From NCBI GenBank assembly GCA_905207625.1, contig CAJLLT010000002.1, forward strand, positions 25,536 to 89,535: a stretch of 64,000 bases of DNA, written 5' to 3'. The position numbers were made by a program, and so were the translations under genes. Origin of the DNA: an uncultured Eubacteriales bacterium. GTDB taxonomy: Bacteria; Bacillota; Clostridia; Oscillospirales; UBA644. The number at the start of each line of letters is the position of its first letter. Position 1 is the first letter of the stretch. Below are positions 17,225-28,267 of the stretch, piece by piece. A model generated the notes under the pieces. It saw nothing but the letters and a program-made list of their open reading frames with translations. It was not told the origin of the DNA and searched no databases.

Positions 17225-17485
17225 ATGGCTCATAAGAAAGGTGTCGGTTCCACCAAAAACGGACGTGATTCCGAATCCAAGCGCCTCGGCGTTAAGAGAG
17301 CAGACGGTCAGTTTGTTCTCGCAGGAAATATTCTTGTCAGACAGAGAGGCACCAAAATCCACCCCGGTGCTAACGTCGGTATAGGTTCCGATGATACCCT
17401 GTTCGCTCTCGTTGACGGCAAAGTCAGCTTCCAGAGAGTCGGCAAGGATAAGAAAAAGGTTTGCGTTCAGGCAATTGAAGAATAA
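17225..17485 (+). CDS. rpmA: 50S ribosomal protein L27 (no N-terminal pro-peptide)
   Basis: [31 protein letters not shown]... Confidence 0.97.
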   Translation: MAHKKGVGSTKNGRDSESKRLGVKRADGQFVLAGNILVRQRGTKIHPGANVGIGSDDTLFALVDGKVSFQRVGKDKKKVCVQAIEE

Positions 17486-17511
17486 TTGACGGCGCAAAAA
17501 CAGCCAAAAAA

Positions 17512-17552
17512 AGAGATGATTCTGCTTTTAGCCGGATCGTCTCTTCTTTTTA
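17512..17552 (+). terminator. intrinsic terminator after rpmA
   Basis: An AGAGATGAT...ATCGTCTCT stem followed by TCTTTTTAT. Confidence 0.6.
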
Positions 17553-17558
17553 TATTGA

Positions 17559-18845
<1,287 letters not shown>

Positions 18846-18860
18846 TCTGAGGTACACTGT

Positions 18861-19694
18861 ATGGAACAGCGAAATCACTCCGTACGAAATATAATCTTTG
18901 TCATTGTCGCCGCCGTGATGATCGCCGCGGGAATAGTCGGATGGCGCTACATTAACGGTGCGGGATACAGTTTCCGCAACGTTGCCCTGAACCGTTCCGC
19001 GGAAAGTCAGGCGGCAATTGGAAGCGATCCGAAAATAACAGAGGCCTTCCGCAAGATTCTGCGCCGTGCCGAAACAGCGGGGTCCACGGACGTGAAAACA
19101 GCGGATCCGGCATTCTACATAATAACGTACTCCGGAGTTTCTGAGGGACATCGGTACGACATTCATATCGACAGCATCCTTCAGCGCAGAGCTTTTATCA
19201 AAGATACGGTCAACGGTTATTTCTACGCCATAAGGTCTTCGGATTTCACCGCATTTTTCTCCCTTCCCGCTATCCGGGAACTGATACCCACCCCACAGAA
19301 AGCCCCGGAAATAAAGCTTTCCGCCGCGGGGAAAGAAATCTGTGCCGCCCCGGTGTCTTCATCCTGGCGGTACATCCTTCCCGACGGAAACTTTGAAAAA
19401 GGTGACTCGGAATCCGAGGAAATTTCCGTTCCCCTTTCCGGAACGGTTTCGGTTTCCCTGGAAACGGAATATGACCCGATACTCACGGTAACAATGACCA
19501 GAGACGGGCAGAAGATGTACGAAGGAGACCCCCGCTCCGCCCCGGTGCTTGATATGAGCTCCGGCGACGTGGAAATTGTTGTCAACGCAACATGGAAGCC
19601 GGATCAGGAAAAAGACTTCCACGGCACGGCGGTCTACAGATTCCTGCTTACGGCAAACGGCAACCAGGAACAGCCAACCGAAGTCACAGACTGA
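18861..19694 (+). CDS. hypothetical membrane-anchored protein
   Basis: 277 aa with a single N-terminal TM (IIFVIVAAVMIAAGIVGW). No recognised motif. It starts 16 nt after obg. Confidence 0.55.
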   Translation: MEQRNHSVRNIIFVIVAAVMIAAGIVGWRYINGAGYSFRNVALNRSAESQAAIGSDPKITEAFRKILRRAETAGSTDVKTADPAFYIITYSGVSEGHRYDIHIDSILQRRAFIKDTVNGYFYAIRSSDFTAFFSLPAIRELIPTPQKAPEIKLSAAGKEICAAPVSSSWRYILPDGNFEKGDSESEEISVPLSGTVSVSLETEYDPILTVTMTRDGQKMYEGDPRSAPVLDMSSGDVEIVVNATWKPDQEKDFHGTAVYRFLLTANGNQEQPTEVTD

Positions 19695-19761
19695 CCGTTT
19701 CCCAGGCAGCATACGGAAAAATCCCGGAAATCCCCGCAAAAACCGGAGAAAGGTATCTGAA

Positions 19762-22353
19762 ATGATTAAAAAACTCGTATCCGTCGTTTTGCTTTTTATT
19801 CTTTGTATTTCAGCGGCTTCATGCACTAAACCGGTACTCCCCGAACCAACGGAACCAACGACCCCTGCCGCAGAGCATACGGACGGAAAATGGACAATGG
19901 TGAAGACAGGATCCTCCGTGACGGCAGCAAATTATTTCGTCACCGAAAACGGAGCGAAAGCCGATGGGGTGACCGATGACTCCGGAGCCATAAACGAAAC
20001 CCTGAAAAAAGCGGGAAGTGCCGGCGGCGGAGTAGTTTATATGCCGGCGGGAACCTATTGCCTGAACTCCCCGTTATCCGTACCGGAAAACGTGACCCTT
20101 TGCGGAGATTTTGTTTCTCCCGCTTCCAGGAAAACTCCGGGAGAAGGAACCCTTCTCCTGGCAAATAAGACTGAACAGACCATGAGCCGGCCCCTTATTG
20201 ATCTGGGCAATAACAGCTCCGTCTGCGGTGTGTCCGTATTTTACCCGGATCAGACGGGAACTTCCTTTATAAAATACCCTGCCACAGTATCCCAGACATC
20301 GGGAAAATCGGCTTTCGTTAAGGATCTTGCGGTCCTGAACGGCTGGGACGGATTGGTTTTCGACTCTCCGGAGTGTGAGACTTTAACGGTTGAAAACGTG
20401 TATCTTACGGTTCTCCACTCGGGTATTTCCGCCACAAGATACTCCGTAAAAGCCACGCTGAGAAATATCAGCGTCACGCCATCGTACTGGATAAACTACG
20501 GAATGACCGCTGAAGAAGCTGACATGCTGAGGGTGTACCTGCGTTCGGGACTGACCGCAGTCAGACTCAGCGGAACGGGAAACGCTTTTGTCCGCTCCGT
20601 TACTACGGACATGGCTAATTGCGGACTGCTCATTGAACAGCCCTATTCTTCCACCGGAAAAATTCTTGTTTCCTCGTCACTTTTTGCAAACAGCGCCCAT
20701 GCGCTTGATATAAAAGAGTGCTCCGTAAGCGGAATTGCCTTTGCGGGCTGTGTATTCAAAGGACTTTCGGAATCGGGAACATCCGGCGTTTATATGGATA
20801 AAAACTTCCTGTCCTCCGCCGTTTTCACCGAATGTACATTTGAAGGAAAATCCGAGAGCTGTGTGGAAAGTGCCGGGCGGGGCAGACTCAGTTTCACCGG
20901 ATGCCGCTTCGACGGATGGCGCCAACAGGCTATAAAAAGCAACGACATAGCCTTTTCGGTAACTAATTGTTCCTTCGGCTCCATGGGCACTGTTCAGCAG
21001 TCGGGAGCGAATACCGTTTCCCTTTATACCCTTGATTTTCTCCGTGATATGCCGGAAAACGCCAACGGACTGACATATATCAAAACAGCTGAAAACGACT
21101 ATTCCTACAATTTTCCGGGGAAAATTCTATCCGAAGTTTCCTATCCCGGGACTCCGGGACGGATCTTTTACCTTCAGGACTATACTGAAGATGAACTGCA
21201 TGGGGATATAACATATCTGCTCCGGGACGCTCTGGCGGATGCGGAAAAAGCAGGCGGAGGAATAATATTTATCCCGCCGGGAACTTATAAAATAGCCAAC
21301 GGCATCACCGTAGGCCCGAATATCAGGATCCAGGGAAGCGGTGCGGACATGAAAAACCCGCTTTCGACGGTGATTCAGACTTCCCTTTCCCCCTCGGGAA
21401 ACACAAACGTTTTTACCCTCTCGGATAATTCCGGTCTTTGCGATATCGCGATCCGATTTACGGTGGAGCCGCCTTCGGCAACCTCAAACCCGGATCTTTC
21501 TTCTTATTCATCAGCCGCAGTGGCGGGAATATCCGCCTCCGGAATATACCTTAACAATGTCCGCACTTCCGGAGCCGCAACGGGATTTTATTTTACGGAC
21601 TGTACGGACATCAACCTGAAGAATATCGGCGGATCGGCACTTGTGACGGGAATAAAGATCGAGAACTGCAATGATGCGGATCTTCAGGATATAACATTCA
21701 ATGACTCATACTCCTCCGAAAATGTTTCCGTCCTTCAGCAGACAAGGTTCAGAGCTGTGGCTGTCAGCGGCGGATCGGAAATCAGGATAGAAAACCTCGA
21801 TCACACAAACGGAGATTACACCATAAGGCTCGAATCGGACTCCGTTCCGGTTGTTCCCGACGAGTATTCTCTCGTGATATGCGGGGTCTTTTCCGAAAAG
21901 GTTTACGCTGCGGTCAGTGTAGACCGTTACGACTCCGCGGCGATAGTCAATGTTGCTTCCGCACCGGAGATATTTTCCCAAAACGCATATCATCTGCATT
22001 CCCTGTCCACAAATACGGGAAGGATACTCCTGGTCAATCTTATCGGATCGGGAACGGTTTCCGGTGCGTGGAATATCCGCAACGGGTCCGTATTCATCAT
22101 TGGGAACATAATATCCTCCGCCGGATCAACGATGCTCCGTACGGCTAACGGAAACGTCCGCGTAATAGGGTCAATGTTCCTGGACAACTCCTGCTCGTAC
22201 CACGTTGAAGCCGACACCGGTTCGGTTTTCCTTACGGGAAATCTGATAAACTCAACTGCGACTTTTGACGGATTGAACAAGACATACCTGCGTCGGTATA
22301 TCCGATCTGAGGCAACGTATGCGGATGAGCTGAACCTGAAGCAGGCGGATTGA
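19762..22353 (+). CDS. lipoprotein with two pectate-lyase-superfamily (right-handed beta-helix) domains
   Basis: I took the start at MIKKLVSVVLLFILCISAASC (lipobox). Two copies of the Pectate_lyase_3-type N-cap are present: GAKADGVTDDSGAINETLKKAGSAGGGVVYMPAGTYCL and DITYLLRDALADAEKAGGGIIFIPPGTYKI. The track ORF extends to 19576. Confidence 0.65.
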   Translation: MIKKLVSVVLLFILCISAASCTKPVLPEPTEPTTPAAEHTDGKWTMVKTGSSVTAANYFVTENGAKADGVTDDSGAINETLKKAGSAGGGVVYMPAGTYCLNSPLSVPENVTLCGDFVSPASRKTPGEGTLLLANKTEQTMSRPLIDLGNNSSVCGVSVFYPDQTGTSFIKYPATVSQTSGKSAFVKDLAVLNGWDGLVFDSPECETLTVENVYLTVLHSGISATRYSVKATLRNISVTPSYWINYGMTAEEADMLRVYLRSGLTAVRLSGTGNAFVRSVTTDMANCGLLIEQPYSSTGKILVSSSLFANSAHALDIKECSVSGIAFAGCVFKGLSESGTSGVYMDKNFLSSAVFTECTFEGKSESCVESAGRGRLSFTGCRFDGWRQQAIKSNDIAFSVTNCSFGSMGTVQQSGANTVSLYTLDFLRDMPENANGLTYIKTAENDYSYNFPGKILSEVSYPGTPGRIFYLQDYTEDELHGDITYLLRDALADAEKAGGGIIFIPPGTYKIANGITVGPNIRIQGSGADMKNPLSTVIQTSLSPSGNTNVFTLSDNSGLCDIAIRFTVEPPSATSNPDLSSYSSAAVAGISASGIYLNNVRTSGAATGFYFTDCTDINLKNIGGSALVTGIKIENCNDADLQDITFNDSYSSENVSVLQQTRFRAVAVSGGSEIRIENLDHTNGDYTIRLESDSVPVVPDEYSLVICGVFSEKVYAAVSVDRYDSAAIVNVASAPEIFSQNAYHLHSLSTNTGRILLVNLIGSGTVSGAWNIRNGSVFIIGNIISSAGSTMLRTANGNVRVIGSMFLDNSCSYHVEADTGSVFLTGNLINSTATFDGLNKTYLRRYIRSEATYADELNLKQAD

Positions 22354-22383
22354 TCGGAAGAATTTTCAACCGAATAATGCACC

Positions 22384-22423
22384 GTGGCAGGCACCGGGAT
22401 CCCGGTGCCTGCCACTTGTTTAT
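22384..22423 (+). terminator. intrinsic terminator
   Basis: A perfect 16-bp palindromic stem, GTGGCAGGCACCGGGA/TCCCGGTGCCTGCCAC, followed by TTGTTTAT. Confidence 0.75.
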
Positions 22424-22647
22424 GTGTACAAAAAGCCACCCGGACGGAGCTTGGGGCGGCATAAGATGCATATAGCTCCATTTCACCGAAGGCAGAGGAA
22501 CGGTCCGTCCGAAGCCGGACATACCGCATCCCCGGAAAAACAAATACCGATCTCAAACCGAAAACGATCTGCGACCGGTATAAAGTAAAACTCTGTTGCA
22601 TTGCGGCATTGACCGCAGATAATCACTTCTCCTGTGCCGCAGCCGGA

Positions 22648-24306
22648 TCAGATATTTGTCGGCGCAGCCTCAGGAATCTCGGGCATCTTTTCAGTGGTAA
22701 TCGCATAGGCGATATTTATGGCATGGTCTGAACAACGTTCCAGATCCGTTATCATATCATTGAAAACAATACCGCCGAGAGGATCACAGTGATCAGACAT
22801 GAGTCTCCGGACATGATTGTCCATAAACTCTTTCTGGAGTCTGTCCACATTTTCCTCCGCCGCAGAAGCCTCCTCAAGAGAACCGAAATCCTCTGTCTCA
22901 TATATCTTCAGGCATTTTCCGTAGACCTCAAGAGCAGCATACCCGATTTTTTTCAGCTCTTCAAGGGCGATCTCCGACATATTTGCGCTCTTCTGCTTTT
23001 CAAGTATTGTATATTCCGCAATATTTTCGGCGTGGTCCCCTATCCGCTCTATATCCGTCACAACATGGAACATCATACCCAGTGTATGAAGATCTTTTAC
23101 GGAAAGATCAAGCGCGCGGTAGGATACAAGACACGAGGTTATGGCATGATTGAAATAGTTTATGGTCTTTTCCGTTTCGAGAGCCGCCTCAGCAAGCTCC
23201 ACGTTCTTTTCAAAGAAAGATCTGAGAGCAAGGGAAAGGTTGTCATAAGCCACCTGTCCCATACGGCAGACCTCATGTTTTGCCTGAGAAATAGCGATAG
23301 CGGGGGTTCTTGTCATATTCTGATTTATATATATCAGCCTGCGTTCGACGCGGTGAAGCTCCTCATCCCGTACAGGAATTACAATGCGTGAAAACTTGAC
23401 GAGAAGTTTCATCATCGGCAGCTCAATTATCACCGCCAGTATTGCGAACATCATATGAAGATTTGCTATCTGCCTCGACACATCACCGGGGGAAAGCTTC
23501 TGAATGAAGGTTACTACCTGCGGCACAAAGGTAACAAGAAGAGCGCAGAATATAACCCTGATGACATTGAAGACAACACCGAGAAATGCAGCGCGTTTAC
23601 CGTCACGGTTGGAGGTAAAAGCAGCCATTACCGAAGGGACACAGGCGCCTATAGCCATACCCATTATAAGAAAGACAGCCACATCAAGACTCAGCAGTCC
23701 CCTGGCCGCGAATGTCTGTGCAATACCGACGGAAACCGATGAAGACTGCATTATCGCGGTTATCACTATGCCCGCGAATATCGCCACCAAAGGGTTTTCC
23801 AGGCTGGTAACAAACGTGGAAAACATTGCGCTGTCCTTGAAAGGCTCCACCGCGTCACCCATGGTATTAAGTCCCATAAAGAGCATTCCGAATCCCATAA
23901 CGATCATACCGATGCTTTTTACGGTATTATTTTTAACAAAGAGGAACGGAATCGCCCCGAGAAAAAGAATCAGCGTCGCGTAGGAACCCAGGTCAAACGC
24001 GATTATCTGAGCGGTTACGGTAGTACCGATATTCGCACCCATGATAACGCCGAACGCCTGCATAAGAGTCATCATTCCCGCACCCACAAAGCTCATCGCC
24101 ATTACCGTAGTAGCGGCGGAGGATTGTATAACGGCTGTGACTCCCGTTCCCACAAGGACGCTGAGAAATCTGTTCTTAGTTGTTTTTTCAAGGATAACGC
24201 GCATATTGTCGCCCGCAACCTTGTTCATACCCTCGGACATCTCGTGCATTCCCAAAAGGAATAACGCGATCCCTCCCAACAGGAGGAAAATATCAAAAAT
24301 TCCCAT
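22648..24306 (-). CDS. Na/Pi cotransporter family protein with C-terminal PhoU-like domains
   Basis: 552 aa. The N-terminal half is polytopic (Na_Pi_cotrans repeats such as SSAATTVM and QSSSVSVG). The C-terminal half is soluble and carries PhoU-like DIERIGDHAENI and DLERCSDHAINI. Confidence 0.85.
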   Translation of the reverse strand: MGIFDIFLLLGGIALFLLGMHEMSEGMNKVAGDNMRVILEKTTKNRFLSVLVGTGVTAVIQSSAATTVMAMSFVGAGMMTLMQAFGVIMGANIGTTVTAQIIAFDLGSYATLILFLGAIPFLFVKNNTVKSIGMIVMGFGMLFMGLNTMGDAVEPFKDSAMFSTFVTSLENPLVAIFAGIVITAIMQSSSVSVGIAQTFAARGLLSLDVAVFLIMGMAIGACVPSVMAAFTSNRDGKRAAFLGVVFNVIRVIFCALLVTFVPQVVTFIQKLSPGDVSRQIANLHMMFAILAVIIELPMMKLLVKFSRIVIPVRDEELHRVERRLIYINQNMTRTPAIAISQAKHEVCRMGQVAYDNLSLALRSFFEKNVELAEAALETEKTINYFNHAITSCLVSYRALDLSVKDLHTLGMMFHVVTDIERIGDHAENIAEYTILEKQKSANMSEIALEELKKIGYAALEVYGKCLKIYETEDFGSLEEASAAEENVDRLQKEFMDNHVRRLMSDHCDPLGGIVFNDMITDLERCSDHAINIAYAITTEKMPEIPEAAPTNI

Positions 24307-24438
24307 TAAATTTCTGCCTTCCGATTTCTTCTTATCACTTCTTCATACTTTCACAAATAAATTATATCATATCCTCAGGGTTATTGCAAGGGTTTTTCCG
24401 TATATTTCTCTGTTTTCACTTTTTTTTCAATTAATTCC

Positions 24439-24473
24439 GTAAAAAGGAAAGGCATTGCGGAATCCGCAATGCC
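24439..24473 (-). terminator. intrinsic terminator after the EF-G paralogue
   Basis: On the minus strand, GGCATTGCGGA/TTCCGCAATGCC followed by TTTCCTTTTTAC. Confidence 0.7.
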
Positions 24474-24497
24474 TTGTTCTTATCTTTATGCTGTGAA

Positions 24498-26522
24498 TTA
24501 TTCTTCCTTTTTATCCGCAGCAGCCTCTATGACCTGCTGAGCCACATTGGCGGGGGCATCCTGATAGCTGCTGAAGGTAAGGGTAAAGGAGCCGCTTCCT
24601 CTGGTCATACTGCGCAGGTCTATGGCATAGCTGAGCATTTCAGCCATGGGCACCATCGCCTTAACTTCCTGGGTTCCCCTCTCCTTGCCGGGAGTCATTC
24701 CCATTATCTGACCTCTGCGTTTATTTATATCGCCGATAACATCGCCCATCAGAGCATCGGGGATAACAACCTTCAGTTCCCCTATAGGTTCAAGTATAAC
24801 CGGAGACGCATTCTTCAGTCCGTCCTTGAACGCAAGGCTTGCCGCGACTTTGAAGGACATTTCCGAGGAGTCAACGTCATGATAGGAACCGTCCACAAGG
24901 GTTGCCTTCAGTCCGACCACGGGATAGCCCGCAAGTACGCCGTGCTGGCAACATTCACGAAGCCCTTTCTCTACCGCAGGGAAGAAATTCTTCGGAACAG
25001 CACCGCCGAATATCTTCTCTTCAAATATCATTTCGTCGCCGTCGTAAGGCTCAAACTCGATCCATACATCTCCGTACTGACCGTGACCGCCGGACTGTTT
25101 CTTATGCTTACCCTGCTGCTTGACCTTCTTGCGGATAGCTTCACGGTAGGGAACCATCGGCTCCTTCAGGTCTACATCAACACCGAATTTGCTCTTGAGC
25201 TTGCTTGCAATAACATCGAGGTGCATCTCGCCCATACCGCTTATAACCTGTTCATGGGTTTCAGCGTTGTTTTCATAGGTAAAGGTACGGTCCTCTTCGG
25301 ATATGCGCTGCAATCCCATGGCGATCTTATCCTCGTCACCCTTACTCTTGGGGAATATCGCACGGGACAGGCAGGGAGCGGGATATTGCACCGCCCTGAC
25401 CTCCACCGGATCGCCGGCTGTTCCGAGAACATCTCCGGTATTGGTGGCGACAAGCTTGTTGACCACACCGATATCACCGGCGCAAAGCTCCGGAACCTCA
25501 GTCTGTTTCTTACCTTTTATAACGGAGATGTGACCGAATTTCTCAATCTGTTCGGAATTGAAGTTCGTAAGGGTCATACCGGCTTTCAGATCACCGGAAA
25601 TGACTTTGAAATAACTCATTTTACCCACGAACGGGTCGGCTACGGTCTTGAAGACCTTGAGGACAGTGCGGCCGCCGTAATCGGGGATTTCCGGCTTCGG
25701 CATATAGAGCGCAATGAACTTAAGAAGCATATGCATTCCGTCAAGGGTGACGTTGGATCCGGAAAGCACGGGAATAAGCTTGCGGTTCTTTATACCCTGC
25801 CCCAGGGCATGCTGAATCTCTTCGGTGGTGAAGGGCTCATCGGCAAAGAACTTTTCCATAAGCTCATCGCTCGTTTCGGCGACAGATTCATCAAGAACAC
25901 GCCGGAGATCGGCAACAAGCCCCTTCATATCCTCGGGAATGGGAATCTCAACGGTAATGCCGTTTTCGTGCTTTTTGCCCTTCATATCCAGAAGATCCAC
26001 AAAGCCCTCGGCTTTTCCGTCCTTCATAATCGGAACGTTGACAGCGCAAAGATGCGCGTCAAAGGTTTCCTTCAGACGGTCGAAGGTACGGTGAAAATCA
26101 CTGTTTTCCTCATCCAGACGGGTTATATATATCATTGCCGGAAGATTCAGATCCCGGGTCAGCTTGAAGGCCTTCTGGGTAGCATAGTGCACGCTACTGC
26201 TTTTTCCGGAAACGACTATAACAGCGGAATCGGAGGCGGAAAGAGCCTGCAGAACCTCACCTTCAAAGTCAAGATATCCGGGGGTATCGAGAACGTTTAT
26301 CTTATATCCGTTCCATTCAACGGGAGCAACGGCGGCGGAAATGGAAATCTTTCTCTTTATTTCTTCGGGGTCAAAGTCGCAAACAGTCGTACCATCGGCG
26401 GTTTTTCCCATACGGTCTATTCCCTTGGTATAATACATCATAGCTTCGGCAAGAGACGTTTTTCCGTCTCCTCCGTGTCCTATGAGGCTGATATTTCTGA
26501 TTTTATCGGCAGAGTATTGCAT
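24498..26522 (-). CDS. elongation factor G family GTPase (stand-alone paralogue)
   Basis: About 674 aa. G1 is IGHGGDGKTSL, G3 is DTPGYLDF, and EF-G domains II-V can be followed by eye. The start could be either of two ATGs (26522 or 26528) after a GGAGA SD. The gene is not in an rpsL-rpsG-fusA-tuf context. Confidence 0.85.
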   Translation of the reverse strand: MQYSADKIRNISLIGHGGDGKTSLAEAMMYYTKGIDRMGKTADGTTVCDFDPEEIKRKISISAAVAPVEWNGYKINVLDTPGYLDFEGEVLQALSASDSAVIVVSGKSSSVHYATQKAFKLTRDLNLPAMIYITRLDEENSDFHRTFDRLKETFDAHLCAVNVPIMKDGKAEGFVDLLDMKGKKHENGITVEIPIPEDMKGLVADLRRVLDESVAETSDELMEKFFADEPFTTEEIQHALGQGIKNRKLIPVLSGSNVTLDGMHMLLKFIALYMPKPEIPDYGGRTVLKVFKTVADPFVGKMSYFKVISGDLKAGMTLTNFNSEQIEKFGHISVIKGKKQTEVPELCAGDIGVVNKLVATNTGDVLGTAGDPVEVRAVQYPAPCLSRAIFPKSKGDEDKIAMGLQRISEEDRTFTYENNAETHEQVISGMGEMHLDVIASKLKSKFGVDVDLKEPMVPYREAIRKKVKQQGKHKKQSGGHGQYGDVWIEFEPYDGDEMIFEEKIFGGAVPKNFFPAVEKGLRECCQHGVLAGYPVVGLKATLVDGSYHDVDSSEMSFKVAASLAFKDGLKNASPVILEPIGELKVVIPDALMGDVIGDINKRRGQIMGMTPGKERGTQEVKAMVPMAEMLSYAIDLRSMTRGSGSFTLTFSSYQDAPANVAQQVIEAAADKKEE

Positions 26523-26831
26523 AGCCATTCTCCTTTCGCCGCCCTGGGGTCGGCTTGTCTTTATTAAAATCATATGCAGAGCTCGGGGCTCTGAACCGAT
26601 TTTCCGGATTTTGAAACAGAAATGCCTTATTTCATTTCCGTCCCGTTAATTATACTACACTTTTTGTAAAAAATCAATATATAAATTAAAAATAATTTAC
26701 TGATTTTATATTTATGTGCAAAATGACGAAATAAAAATGACATCTGCCCAACATATTTGTCACGCAAATGTCATTTTTAAATTCAGCCAGTTACAGGCAC
26801 AGCCCCCTCGGAAACTACGGACCCCGGTGAA

Positions 26832-28211
26832 TTATTTGTAGCTTCTGCCGCCGTCGGCGGTATAAATTATTTTGATATCTTCTTCTCTCCCGTTCCGGGC
26901 ATTGATATATACCGCCACGGACTGTCCCTTTTCGGTTTCGGCAAGGATTTCCCAGCAGAGTTTCTCCGGTTCGGAATATGAGCCGAGATCTATCATGACT
27001 AGTTCCGCATCTTTTGCGGTCAGAACGGAAGATATTTTTTCAAGAGCATCAGCCTTTGTCAGTACAGGCGTCATATCCCTGTCCCGGCTGTGATTCATAA
27101 GATACCCGTAGGCGGACATCGCGGTTATCTCACCGTTATCCATAGCAACGGAAACCGTCACTGAATCGGGGTAGCACACAACATCGTTTTCGCAGTAGCA
27201 GAATGTCATTGTCAGTATATTCCCGGTATAGTTCGAGGACGCAACGACCATGTTTTTCAATTCCAGTTTATCAAGGAAATCCTTTGCCGCGGCCTCGGCG
27301 TCGGAATCCGTAACATTCGCATCGGCAACGGCACGGTACTTGCCGAACTCACAGACAAATCCGCCGTTTTTGGTTATGCTTACACTCTTGTCTTTTCCAT
27401 TGAAAAGCCAGACTCCGAACCCGGAAGCCGTTCCCTCACTGCCATCGTCGAGTTCCGCCAGTCGGCACCCGAGAACATATGCGGCTCTTTTCCTTGCCTC
27501 TGTCTGAGTTATCTCTTCCCTTCCTTCCAGAAACGAGCTTTCCCTCCCGTAGAGATGGTCGGAAAAACGTCCGTCATAGTTCAGAGGGCCGAGGTCTATG
27601 GAGTTTTCAATAGCAAGGAAAGGATTTGTCCCCATATACCCGCCGGATCCGTCCGCAGAGGTTCTCACATCCGTCTCATCAACGGTATCGGAATTGAAAT
27701 ACCGGACAAGATCGTCACAGCAGAGATTTTCATCCGCAACAGTATACTGAAGCTGTATTACCGCAGATGCCATTTCCCGGGCTGTATCCGAAAGCTCCTC
27801 AAGGGTCTGCTGTTCTTCAGGAGTTATCTCATCCCCGGCAACGCTTTTCTTTGCCAGGGATAAGGTATATTCACCCACCTGGCTGAAAAATTTCGAAGTG
27901 TTCACAAGACCGAGTTCATATACCGGAAGAGTTTCCAGACAAATCTTCGCCCTTCCAGCCTCACGCCACACCTCTGTAGCCATCGTCACCGCCTGGACCG
28001 GGGTCGCGGCATACCTGCATTTCTGCAGGGAATAATCCACATTCATCAGACTCTCTGCCAAATCGGCACAGGCCTGTCTGTAGGTTGATTTCACCGTTCC
28101 CTTACAACCTGCCAAAGCAACATTTGCCTTTATGACAAAGCCTCCGAGAACCACTGTCGCAGCGACGACAAAGCACCATATGACTACCGAAGCCTTCTTT
28201 TTAACACGCAT
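26832..28211 (-). CDS. ypeB: germination protein YpeB (PepSY domains)
   Basis: 459 aa. It has an N-terminal TM anchor, a YpeB-like N-domain (LETLPVYELGLVNTSKFFSQVGEYT) and C-terminal PepSY-like repeats. Confidence 0.7.
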   Translation of the reverse strand: MRVKKKASVVIWCFVVAATVVLGGFVIKANVALAGCKGTVKSTYRQACADLAESLMNVDYSLQKCRYAATPVQAVTMATEVWREAGRAKICLETLPVYELGLVNTSKFFSQVGEYTLSLAKKSVAGDEITPEEQQTLEELSDTAREMASAVIQLQYTVADENLCCDDLVRYFNSDTVDETDVRTSADGSGGYMGTNPFLAIENSIDLGPLNYDGRFSDHLYGRESSFLEGREEITQTEARKRAAYVLGCRLAELDDGSEGTASGFGVWLFNGKDKSVSITKNGGFVCEFGKYRAVADANVTDSDAEAAAKDFLDKLELKNMVVASSNYTGNILTMTFCYCENDVVCYPDSVTVSVAMDNGEITAMSAYGYLMNHSRDRDMTPVLTKADALEKISSVLTAKDAELVMIDLGSYSEPEKLCWEILAETEKGQSVAVYINARNGREEDIKIIYTADGGRSYK

Positions 28212-28267
28212 AAAAAACCTCCCGGAAAGTATTCCTTTTAAGGATATACTTCCCGGGAGGGTGTCAT

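Noticed and set aside
21990-22601. A 203-aa minus-strand ORF overlapping the 3' end of the beta-helix lipoprotein gene and the intergenic terminator.
   Set aside because: It is antisense to a well-supported gene and crosses a perfect 16-bp terminator stem. It has no SD or motif.
24474-26567. A 697-aa plus-strand ORF antisense to the EF-G paralogue. Similar long antisense ORFs occur at 11453-12718, 15236-16480, 16691-17497, 35544-36473, 45677-47461, 49759-50841, 51576-52466, 52758-53570 and 59871-61832.
   Set aside because: Each one mirrors a confidently identified gene on the other strand (EF-G, trmO/UPF0210, SBP, rplU/rpmA, ABC permease, leuS, ftsY, smc, groESL). None has a recognisable motif or ribosome-binding site.
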